Shown here: positions 11,369 to 23,133 of the stretch, piece by piece | Layout of the letters: every line of letters starts with the position of its first letter | Numbering within the stretch: the stretch's first letter is position 1 | Notes under the pieces: generated by a model | Told to the model about the DNA's origin: nothing | Seen by the model: the letters and a program-made list of their open reading frames with translations, nothing else | Database searches by the model: none | NCBI GenBank assembly: GCA_043228905.1 | Contig: JBHGNT010000013.1 | Location: forward strand, 11,594,001 to 11,658,000 | DNA length: 64,000 bases | Direction of reading: 5' to 3' | Origin: Azolla caroliniana | Lineage: Eukaryota; Plantae; Polypodiophyta | Position numbers and translations under genes: made by a program

Positions 11369-14300
11369 TTATCCTCTTTACGATATTCTTTAGTAAGTAT
11401 ATGCAAAGATAATGTAGAAATATGTATGTATAAACTCGGGGATCCCAACGATATTTTCTAAAGTAGATATTAACTGCTCAAAGACCATTATTATTATTAT
11501 TATAGTATTTCATGGTATAGCAGCCGACTTGGTAGATAGTATATCGTGTTCAAGCTATACCATAAACACCCATCAATATACACTCGTATTTTGATGCTTC
11601 ATAAATGTATATTCATTGTTCAATTTCCACAAAGATAACTTGTAACTTTTAAGAAGGATTTGGTAACAATATGTAATTCTATATTGTTTATTTGTCAACC
11701 TCCTTGCAATTGTGATGTTGAGCACAACTTGTGGATTCACAATGTGCATATATTAGAAGGGCACACTTGTTATTTCAACTCTAGTTCTCTAAGAGGCTGT
11801 CTATGGTTTTAAAAAGCACGGGTTTCAAAAATGTATGTATGTAGAGCCGTATTTATTTAATAAAATTAATCCAACGGAGAGAATATAGGAACATATCAAT
11901 GTAACATGTTATGGTGAATAATTGTGTAGGATTACACACTTGCAAAGGAGGGGGATATTTTTGATGAGCTTAATAGGTGAGTTTTGTTTTCAAACACGGG
12001 CAATGAAATGCACGACGAGTATTGTTTACTTACAATTGTATTTCTTTTGTCAAACATTCAGCCAAAAATATGCGTCATGAAATTTTATTTCACATCAACA
12101 TCAACATTTTCCAGTTACTTGATGTTATGTTGAAAAGTTGCGCATTGTAAAATATAACACCTTATTTATAGGTATTTGTAAGACTCTCTTGTGAAGGTGG
12201 ATTCTCTTATATGGTTAGTTTCAAATATAAATAAAGAGTTGCTAGACAATAATGGTTACAAGACTATTTTAAGAAAGTAATTTTCTCGAGGAAGTAAAAC
12301 AAAGACCTGACTTTCCAAGTTCTAAGTACAATCTGATGGGTTCCCATGATACTGAGACAATAAGTAGGCCCATGTTTGTGCACATAAAAACAATTGATGG
12401 TTTATTTCATTGTGGCATTATTTTTTGCTCTGAATGATGTATGTTGACATAACTAACATAGTATATTTGGTGAGCTTGATCAGGTAACCAACATTTTCGC
12501 TTTCTTTAACAGAAAAACAAAAACAACTTGCCCAATCTAATAAAAAAAACGAAATAAAAATATGTGCCTAGTAAATAGTTTGAACTTTGTGGTTATTAGT
12601 GGTATAATCCACTACATTTCTTTTGGCAAGCAAGTGGGTGACAAGCCTTTATCATACTACACAGCTAGGAACTTATTTGAAACCGAGACACGCATGGTCA
12701 CGAGATTTTTGAAAATTTGTTTTTCGAGGGTGATTACCCAATCATGCAAGACCCAACCATGACCAATCGATGCTTTGTCAAAGTTATCACATGGATATTG
12801 AGATTAAACAAATAATTATACTTTTGATAATAACTAAGAAATGAACTTTTTAAAATTCCTTAGATTCAAAAGCCTAAGATAATTAATTTGGTAATCATGC
12901 TTCTGACTTTGACAACTAGAGCACCCATTAATGAAGAGAGAATGATCTTATTTTATGTCTAACTACACTTTGGGGTTGCTCTAATCATGAAGAAAACTAG
13001 AAACCAAGATACATGGACATTAGGTAGAACCATCGGGTTCTAAACTAAGAGTGTGTGAGAGGTTAATGAAGAATTATGGCCCAAAAACTCTCAAAACATA
13101 AAGCTACATGGATTAACAACAACAAATATGTTAAGAATAGTGGAACTCGACTAAAGTAAAAGCCCAAATTTGATCAAACAAAAAATATATTGATCTTAAG
13201 ACAAAGGGCCATAACTATGATTATATAAATCACAAACTATAGTTTTACAAAGAGAGACACCCACCCTCCTTTCCCTCTCCTCTTGCAAACATTCCAAATA
13301 GCTACTTTTGGCACACATAGGATTGGAATCTATAATCTCTTGTTATATTCCTCTCAAAGCAATAGAGAATTTCTACTATTAAGAAGAGGGAGATCCATAC
13401 ATTTTAATAGCAAACCTGTGTGAACACAAATAACTCAATCAAGATACTTTAGAACACGAACATAAATGTTTGATTGATATTGTTTCATAATCTATCATGT
13501 ATGAAACATATTTAATGTAAATGATCCGTCATCGCATTCTTCTAGGTGTTAGAGTGGGAAAAAGTCTTTGTGCATAGAAGGCCAAGCCTACACAATTCGC
13601 ACTTCATATGATTTATATCATAAGAATAATTTCTTCATAATAAACTCCTTTTGGGGTATGAAACGTGGGCGGATATAGATTAGTGGTAGACTATTTACTT
13701 TCACGCGAAGGATAAAGGTTCAACTTCGACTTAGATGTTTAGACAAATTTAGGGATCCAATTACCATGGACCAAGTTGTTTAAATCGAGATTTCTTCTAG
13801 CATTATGGTTTGGTAGAACTTCAAGCAAGTTATTGTTCTTGCTAGGTGATAGCGAATGGATAAAGAAAATGCTAGGTAAAAAGCATCCCAAGACCAAATG
13901 TTGGAAGTGTTGCCTTTGCCTAAATCATCAATTCAAACTCATTTTAAATTATATTGGCCTAGAATCACATTGATCCAATGCATTTTGCACAATCCCCTTC
14001 TATCTTATTGTTCTGGGAGTAAACTCTTGCAAGTTGACCTATGTTTATTTGTTGTCTTAAGTGAATAAATGTTGTGTGCATATCCAAAGAAATTGTATGG
14101 CAAACCAAAAAACCTCTAGGCCTAATTGGCCTAAGTCATCATTCCTCCTGATGATGAATCATGAGAGCTAACTCTAAGAAGGGAACTAGACGCGAACAAC
14201 AACAAAGAAAAAATGTAAATTCATACATATATCCATACATACAAATACTTGGACAACTTCAATAATCTTTTGGGTCACACTGGTGGCAACTTGTTCATTC

Positions 14301-14551
14301 TAGTGAATTACTATTATTATCAATATCATCCAACTAGTTAGGATAAACACGAGTGGTCATTTTTTTGCTAGATTAATATCCACTATAGCGCTATCAACTA
14401 TGTAGCCCACATTGTGAACGCAATGAACAAATGTTGAAATACTAGATCCAAGATATCACCATACCCTTCCTTGACCACATCCTTGAGGATGCTTAAAGGA
14501 GGATGAAGATGAGACCTTGGATAAGAATGGGTGCAAAAGTTTTATGGCTAA

Positions 14552-15010
14552 AGTAAAAAAAATCAATGGTGATTCTTGTGTAGCGGAAAAGATGTGTGTT
14601 ATGTGTATGTGTGAGAGGAAAGAGGAGAGGAGAGAAACACAAGATGAATAAGAAACAAAATGAAGTACTCATGAAGAAGGAGATGTATATTAACAAGGAG
14701 AATATGATAAATGAAAATGTAGCATTACAAGGAGTCACAACCGACTTAGTATGAAGTATAAGGAGGGTGCTTTATATAGAGTCACCCTCTCTCTTCATTA
14801 ACTTTACAACAACCACACTCTCTCTCGGGGAATGTGAAGACTCATAGTCATGGGGAATATGTAACTCATTAGTTATGTGTCATAGAATATGATTCTATGA
14901 CACATAGTTAATGTGTAAAGAGTAGTGGTGTGACTCTTGACCTTTGAGTAATGATAGATTCTCAAAAGGTGCGTTCACACGTTGTGCTATGTTGAGCTTG
15001 ATTCTCAACA
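14552..15010 (-). mobile_element. Solo LTR of a Copia family related to element F
   Basis: Reverse complement starts TGTTGAGAATCAAGCTCAAC and shares gtcatagaatcatattctatgacacataact and taatgaagagagagggtgact with the F LTR (53726). Flanks gctaa/actaa form a degenerate 5-bp TSD. Confidence 0.8.
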
Positions 15011-15565
15011 ACTAATAACATTATTGACTCCACGAGAGAAATAAACTAGGAATATAGATTGCAAATAGAAGCGAGTCAATTTCTAGGTGCTTACGTTGTC
15101 GTGAAGATCCGTCACTAGGCGCGGATCGTGAGGTGGAACTGCCGGGGTTCTGGACCGGAAGGATTCGAAGTTGGTACAAGCTTTAGTGAGGAAGTATTTA
15201 AGATAGATTGGGAAAGAGAGAAATTGAGATTAAACGCTTGACTTTCGATTGAGAGAGATTGATTGAACTTTTATCTTTAGATTTAAGAAACAAGTTACAC
15301 GATCAATTCGATAACGAATTTTCTTCTTCTTAATTTCATAACCAAAAGAGCCTAACCCTTCTTCTTTTTCATCCCTTCTTTTATAGATGCTCTCATGCAT
15401 ATGATGCATGAGAGGGTACAAGACATGCATAAAATGCATGTTTGGCATTTGGCGCTCATGTATCACATGTGGTGCATGATAACCCTGTCACTCATTGTAG
15501 CTCTCATGTATGAGAATTTATATGTAAAAGTATCATGATAGAAATAAAAATTCAACTAAATGTCA

Positions 15566-15633
15566 TGGCTTAGTGGTTAGCCTATTGACTCTTAATTAGG
15601 AGGTGCAAGGTTCGAATCCTCACTTGCCCTCCT
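15566..15633 (+). promoter_or_regulatory. tRNA-derived (Lys-CTT-like) Pol III A-box/B-box module inside the LTR of element A, antisense to the element
   Basis: A box TGGCTTAGTGG 15566-15576, D-stem GGCT/AGCC, anticodon-like loop CT-CTT-AA, B box GGTTCGAATCC 15609-15619. No acceptor stem, so not a functional tRNA. Confidence 0.7.
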
Positions 15634-16290
15634 TGTGTATGTATATGTGTATACATATATACATATATTTATTTATATATCTATCCGGTTCGCCGGATGC
15701 CGGATGACGCCGGTTCGCCGGTTACCGTCGGTTGCCGGATGCCGGATACATTTCAATCGCCGGATGCCAGATGTCGGTTACCGTTCTATCGCCGAATGCC
15801 AAATGCCGATTACCGTTCGGTCACCGGGTCCCGGTTACGTTGCTAGTCTGGTTTTGGTTGGGCAAAAACCTTTGCAAGTAGCCAAGCCACACCCATTTAT
15901 CCAATAGCTTAGTTCAAGTCACCTTGAACTCTCTATGCTCCACACATAGACACAAAGATAATAGCTTTTGCTCTTCCTTATATATGGTGAGATCCTTATC
16001 TCTTGTCTATGTGGGATATATCACAACTTTATTTTTCTCTTCTTCCTTCTCATACTTCACTCCCACATAACTTGTCACTTAGATGTCCATTTTTTATGTG
16101 GTAAAACACATTTGAAAACTCTTGAAGACCTCCATCTTTTTATACTAAGATATTAAACTTACTTAGAATTAGTACGTCTTATGTGATTTTCACACCATTG
16201 CTGAAAATCTTCACGACATCCACCCCCACCAAACCGCACGTCCTCCGGTACGTGCCAAGAAGAGAGAAAGTGAGATTTCGGCTATGGTGA

Positions 16291-19200
16291 TCAATCAGAT
16301 TCCTCCATGTCTTCATTTACATCTGCCCTATTATGTTCATCGTCGAGGTGATCGAGGTCAGGAACCTCGTCTTGTCTTTTCTTGAAAATCTTTACTCTTT
16401 TTCCCGCAATGGGTACGACCAACTTTGATCCGTCTAGCTCCGCAAGGTGGCATGTGGCATTATCGTTGGCACTTGTCACCACATACGGCCCGAACCATCT
16501 TCTTGCGAACTTTCTTGTTGTACTGTGTTGATTGTCAAGGCTGTTGTTGTAAACCAAAACCCAATCTCCTTCTTCAATCTTCTTGGGGCGTGTTGTCGAA
16601 CCGAACTTTGTTCTTTACTCGGGCTGCCTCCATCATCTTTCACGCTTTTTCTAGATCTTCAGATCTTCTTTCAAGTTGCCTTATCCATGCCGCTAATAAC
16701 TCTTGTCGGCTCATCATGTTCTCCCACGATATCGCTAGCCATGAGGCGATCGTCCTTTCGATGGGCATTACCGGCTTTTGTCCATACATAAGCTCCGTCG
16801 GCATATACCTTGTCACCGAGCTGTGTGTCGTTCTGTCGGCCCACAAGGCATAGGCAGTCGTGAGGGAGAGCTTCATGCCTAGTCGTTCGAAAAGCTCCGT
16901 TGCTTCGTGTGCGTCCAACTCCCCTCGGTCAACGACTATCTTCCCCACACATCCGTATCGGTAGACAACCTCTTCAAGTAGAAATTTGCAAACGGCTGAA
17001 GTCGTCTTATTTGTCAAGGCTCGTCCTTCCACTTGATTTGTCAAGTCTTCCCTTGCCAACACTAAGTACTTCATTTGTCCCACTCCCATTGGCATCGAGA
17101 CTAGATCCACCATCCATTTGAAGTGTATGGTGAGTGGGTATGTCGGCCGTAACTCATCACGATGACGTATATTTGAATGTATTTGGCAAGTTTCGGATGT
17201 GGACACGAAATGGAGTACATCATTGTACATGCTTGGCCACCAATACTTCTCCTTCAACTTTTCGAACGTCGCCCATGTTCCTCTATGACCTGCCCAAGCA
17301 CTCTCGTGGAATTCGGTCATCAACGTCTCTTGCTCTTCTTTCTTCAACACCACTCGACGTGGTATTCCTATCTTTCTTTTTGGATGTCGCCAAAGGAATC
17401 CTCCCTTCAAGAAGTATCGGTAAACTTTCTTCCGGATTCGTAGGGCCTCCTCCTTTGTCAACGAAGCATCTGCCGTCAATGTTCTTAGGAATCTACCGAT
17501 CAGTAACCACCCTCCTTCGTACTCGTTCTCGTTGAAGGCGTGGAGGGTTTGCGTGTCCTGGTCTTCCGCCGATAATCGAGCCATCTTGAAGAAGTCGAGG
17601 GCGACATCTTCATCTTCCGAAACCATGTCACTTCCATTTTCAAATCTTGCCCTCGACAGCATGTCAGCCATGGCATTCTTCTTACCTGCAATGTGACGGA
17701 TCTCTGGGTTTAAAGACTTGATGTAGGCGATCCACCTTAGAATAGTAAGATCTGGGGTCGCACATCCCGAGACCGTTCCAAGAATTGGGAGGCAATCTGT
17801 CTCTATTATCACTTCCGACCCGATCAGGTAATCTTTGTCCGTCTTCATTGCCGACACAATACCCCAAAGTTCCCGCTTGACTTGGGCATACCTTTGTTGT
17901 CGTTCGCTGAGAATCTTTGCTCCGAACCGGATGGCATATCACGCATTATCTTCTCCTTCTTGATTGATGAACCACCCGATTCCAGTTGGGCTCGTATCTA
18001 CGGTCACGTAAATCGGCTTCCCTTTGGCATAGTCGGCCTTCCTTAGTGCCGGAGCTTCAAGAAGCAGTTTCTTCAATCTTCGCATCGCATTTGTGTGCTC
18101 GTCTCGCCATTCGAACTTCATTCTTTTCTTTAGTAGTCCATATAACGGTTCGGCGACATGAGCGTAGTGCGGAATCTAGATATGATAAAATGCGCATGCT
18201 CCAAGGAACCTTCTAACCTCCGTTTGGTTTTCGCATTCTTCTTTCATGTCTTGGATCGCGTTCACTTTGTATGGTGAAGGCTTCCAGTCGTATGCTCCAC
18301 ACAAGTGACCTACCACCAAGATCTCCGGTTGCCCGAATGCGGATTTTTCTCCCAAAAATGTCAAATTCGCATATTTGAGCCTTTGAAGCACCTTCTCGCA
18401 ATCTTTCATATGATCCGCGACGAACTTTCTACACCCTTCCTTATCTTTCGATTCATCTTTCTCCTCATCCGAACATCCTTTTATCGGAATATCATCCAAG
18501 AATGGCATCGTGATGTTTGGGATACAATCCTTCAAGACTTTGTTCATGGCATTCATCATATGAGCCACCGAGTTCGTTGTGCCTTGAGGTAAGGTACATA
18601 TCCGCACAAGCCCGATTAGAGTCCTCATGGTTGTAATGTCACGATTGTCGATCGCCAATTGGAATTGGTCATATTTGGAGTAGAGATCACCAATGGAGTA
18701 GATGGACCGGCCTGCAAATGCCTCGGCAAATTCGTCCACGCTCGGACCGATTCCGACATTTCGAATTGTCACCTTGTTGACAGGTTGAAGATCTTGGATG
18801 AATCGCAATGATCCATTGTTCTTCGGCACCGTGAACCACCTATTGGAATAAGGAGCATTCGACGGTTCTAGAATTCCCATACTCACCTTCTCCTTTAAGA
18901 GCTCGATCAGCTTCGGAAGGTGTGCTCTCGGAACCAGTATTGGTTTCAAATTCCAAGGCACATGAGGCACCGTGAAGATCACCATCGGCTCTATAACCTT
19001 TGGGTCGGCACATCCGATTTCTCGTGGGAAGAATGCGAAAGCCTTCCCATGTCTTTCAAGCATATCGCGAAACATTCGCTCCTCTTCAAGGAGAAGGAAA
19101 TCCTCCTTTCCAACTCGTAGCTTCCCCTTCGTCTCTTTGGTGAAGACATGACCTATCGTCTTCGGATATCTTAAGCTTGGATCGTTAGCGACTTCCTTCA

Positions 19201-20433
19201 TCTTTTGCCAGCTATCTTCCGGTAGCGGAACCGCAACTGGCTTGATCTTCTTATCCACCGTTTTATATTTCGTGTTGATGTCAGCTTCCCTCATCGAGAT
19301 GCCACGACGGTATTCATCGATGATAGCATAGATGTTGACAGAGTTAACTGAAATCACGTAATGATCGTGAAGATAGCTCAAGTCCACGACTTCCTCGATT
19401 TCGCCGATGGTGTCGTTAAATGAGGCTTCTTCCATAATATGAGTCACGAACTCTCCTTCTTCTATTATGTTTTCTTCTTTCAGCATCTTCTCGAATTCTT
19501 GTATCTGACGCTTGTCCTTCTTGTCAGGTAGTACTAGTCTACATGCGCCACTAGGTGTGACACATGTTGCTTCTCCTCGCAATCCATGCACTCTTCTTTC
19601 TTGTGGGGTCTTGTGATTGCTCGGACTATTTGTGCTCCATGCTTCAATAGTCTGCTCTAAAAATCCGAGGATTTGCCTCCGAGACTATCTCGATTCCTTT
19701 CATGATTGGCTTGGACCATTAGGAATTGGACCGATCTTTGGTTGTCAAGACTCTTTATTCGTGCGAAGGCTGCTCCATTATCGAATACTTTGGTCTCCAT
19801 CCAAGATGATGTGATATACGGTTGTCCTAGGATTACAGGATGCGATGCCGATTCTTGCACGAAGAAGTGTTGATCCATCTCCACATCCCCGATCGTGACT
19901 TTGACATTGGGACAAGCTCCGTACAAGTCCTCCGTAGACTTTGTTGCCGCACGAATCTTCCATCCGTGGTTTGTATTGATTGGCCATCTTCCTTTTTTGT
20001 AGAAGTCGGTTGACATGAGGTTGATCTCTGAGCCGTGGTTGATCAAAGCTACCACGGTCTCTTTCTTCTCCCCGATCTTCACCGGCATCTCCGTTGTCGC
20101 TCGTGCCCAATGAGGTCGAGTATAGTGGCTGTCCACCATATCTTCATCGACTTCGTCTCTTGCCATCATTATGGCATTTGTTTTTGCTTTTTGCGGCTTC
20201 TCTTCTTCCTCGTCCGATTGTTGTCTTTTTCTCTTTACAAGGTCCACGATCGCGTCATGGAACTCCTTCTTCGTAATGCCAATCAATTCCCTCAAGGACA
20301 AAGTCACGTGGCTATCAAGAACTCGTTCTTCGAGAATCTTCTTTAGGTCCGTTGTCTGCTCTATGTCCGACCTTAGCTTATAGGTAGGCATAGTCCTTGT
20401 CCTCCGAGCGGGGTCTTCTATACCAACCTTCAC
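16291..20433 (-). pseudogene. Disrupted gag-pro/pol of element A
   Basis: ORF pieces 20433-19657 (PR), 19591-18176 (RT), 18121-17939 and 17857-16640 (RH/INT), 16557-16291 (INT C-terminus). Confidence 0.88.
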
Positions 20434-23133
20434 AGGCCGAACTGTTTCTTCAACTCATATGCTCGGCTCCCCTTTTCGGCTTGATTCTCGTTCTTCTTTT
20501 TCGCGTTCCTTGTTTCATGTCTTTTTGATGGGCCTTGCTCTTCTTTTCTTTTTCTCTTTTCTTCGACTAACACCTCGTGGTTGTCGCACATCACCTCTGC
20601 GAGTATGGTGTTGTCGTCCACCGGATCCGACCATCCAGTTATACTTTGTACACTTCAATCCGCAAGCTCTACTTCGTTCGAAGTGACCCGGTCGCTCCCG
20701 ATTCGTCTTTCGATTCGAGGCGCTTCACCACATCGGACCATGTCCGGGTCTTGGCCTTCTTCCTTCGGTTGGCTCTGTCCTTCTTGACTCTGCCGCCGTT
20801 GCCGCTTGTTCCGACTTGTTCGGATGTGTCGACTTCCTTTGTCGACTCGACTCCTTTCTTCTTCTTGACTCTCCCTTTATCGGTTCTTCCCTTACTGGCG
20901 CATGCGGCAGTCTCTTTGCCTTTGCCCGTTCTAGTGTTTTTGCCCGTTCTCCCCCTCAAGTGTGGCACGTCGAGATGCTGAACACCAAGGATTTCGGTGA
21001 AGTGCTGCAACTTGTCCGATCCGAGTGGTTTGGTGAAGATGTCGGCAACTTGCCGATCCGTGTGAACATACCGAAGTTCGACCTCACCGCTCAGGACACG
21101 CTCACGCACGAAGTGATAGTGCACTTCTATGTGCTTTGTGCAAGGATGGAATACAGGGTTCTTGGTGAGCTGCATGCTGCTTATGTTGTCGCAGTAGATT
21201 AGAATCGGGGTCGGTACCTCGAGCCGTAGGTCTTGCAGCAGTCGCCGAAGCCAAATGGCTTCACAAGTGGCAATGGTAGCGCCCCGATACTCAACCTCAA
21301 TGCTCGACAGAGCAACTGTTGGCTGTTTTTTGCTGCTCCACGCAACAGCCGCGCTACCTAGGGAAAACATATAACCGGAGGTTGATCAACGATCTGAGGC
21401 ATCGCCGGCCCAGTCGGCATCTGTGTAACTGACTAGCTCTTTGGTTATACCTCGCCGGTATAACAGTCCCCGGTCCTTCGTGCCGCTCACATACCGCAGT
21501 ATTCGGTGTGCGCACTGAAGATGGTCTACGGTCGGCTTCTGCATGAATTGGCTAATCACACCGATCAGATAGCTGATGTCGGGTCGGGTGATGGTCAAAT
21601 ATATAAGGCTTCCGACAATTTGTCGGAACCATTTCTCATCACAGGCCGGTCCGGAGTCGGGACAGAGCTTCTAGTTCTAGTCCAGGGGAGTAGAGATAGG
21701 TCGACATTCCGTCATGTCGAACTTGTACAACATATTCAACACATAGTGCCATTGTGAGAGTAATATGCCGTTGGGGGTTCAGATCACCTTGATCCCAAGA
21801 AAATAATGAAGGTCCCCCAGGTCCTTCATCTCAAACGCATCCGACAACTGGGACTTGACTTGTCTGATTTCATCGAGTCTGGGTCCGGTGATGACCAGAT
21901 CATCAACATACAACAAGATGCAAACCGGACCGTCTGGACCTTGCCGGATGAACAACGAAGAGTCGGACTTGGAGGCCGGAAACCCCATCTTACGCAACCG
22001 GTGCGTGATCTTCGCATTCCAAGCTCGGGGGGCTTGCTTCAGGCCATAAAGTGACTTCTTCAGTCGACATACCGCTGACTTGTTCATCTCTGTCTGGAAA
22101 CCGGGGGTTTGTATCATAAAGACCTCTTCTTCAACATCTCCTTGAAGAAATGCATTCTTCACATCCATCTGGTGAAGATGCCACCCCCTTGCCGCAACAA
22201 CCACTAACACCACACGAACCGTCGTCATCTTCGCTATTGGAGTGAAGGTCTCGTCATAGTCGATTCCTTGGGTCTATGCGTATCCCTTCGCCACTAACCG
22301 GGCCTTGTACCGGTTAACTGAACCGTCGGCGTTGTACTTTAGCTTGTACACCCACTTGCATCCGATCGGTTTACAATGACGGGGAGGGTCAACCAGGTCC
22401 CATGTATCGTTGGCATCAAGTGCTCGCATCTCTTCTTCCATAGCGGCACGCCAATGTGCGTCCTTTGCCGCTTCTACGTAGCTCTCCGGCTCACGCACTT
22501 CCGCCACCTTGGTCATGTACGCATAGTGATGCGCCATGTACTCATTGTACCCATACTGCTTAACAGGTTCCTTTTGGCAGGTTGACCGGCGTAACCCAAC
22601 GTTACATGGTTTGAGGCCCTTCTTGGCCGGTTTGGTCTTCGGTGTTAACTCTTAGGGCCAGACAATGGCCTAACACAGGGTGTCTACGGAAGACACTTCA
22701 CCAAAGGGTGTTACGGCAACAGGATTAGACTCAACGATTAATCCGACTTAATTAAGTTACTTAGCAAGATCGTCCTTAATATTCACACGCGTAAGATATA
22801 ACAATGAATGCAGAACGACAATTAACACAGAGAGATAACAATACTAAGCTTTATTAATTAACTGCTGTTCATTACATTGTATCCGGGCCTTTAAATAGGT
22901 TTCCGGTCTGTATTACAAAACGGTGCCATCCGCACCTGTTCGGGATCGGTCCGGATCCGGAACGGCATACCGATTCCGGTTCGTCCGTCCCCACTCATAG
23001 CTTACTTACAACCATTCCTACTAATTAAATATCTCCCCGTTTCACACTCTGGACTCCTTTGCTGGCCGGGCCGGTAACACATGGCACGCCCGTGGGACAG
23101 TACCTTGTATGTCGAATCCTCATCCGACCCTTG

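Larger units (their letters stand above)
15097..20660 (-). mobile_element. Element A: 5'-truncated Ty3/Gypsy retrotransposon without chromodomain (gag C-terminus-PR-RT-RH-INT, PPT, 3' LTR 15097-16218)
   Basis: LTR with 12-bp terminal inverted repeat TGTCGTGAAGAT/ATCTTCACGACA; PPT GGTTTGGTGGGGGTGGA at 16219-16235. Protease VVALINHGSEINLM (catalytic D to N), RT LPQG...FLDDI, RH VDTSPTGIGW/ETDCLP, INT H-HCC and MVDL, GPY/F tail WFGPY. Several stops and an INT deletion (LTTAY|ALWADRTT). Confidence 0.9.

Noticed and set aside
5800-14400. Short ORFs and possible decayed transposase/TE fragments in AT-rich intergenic DNA
   Set aside because: No recognisable motifs, termini or splice-consistent structure by eye; needs a repeat-library search.
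14552-15010. Missing 3' LTR of Copia D
   Set aside because: Sequence matches the F-type LTR, not the D LTR at 35232-35618; it has its own near-TSD and no adjacent PPT.
15556-15633. Functional tRNA-Lys gene
   Set aside because: No acceptor stem, weak anticodon and T stems, and it lies inside an LTR; kept only as a tRNA-derived promoter module.
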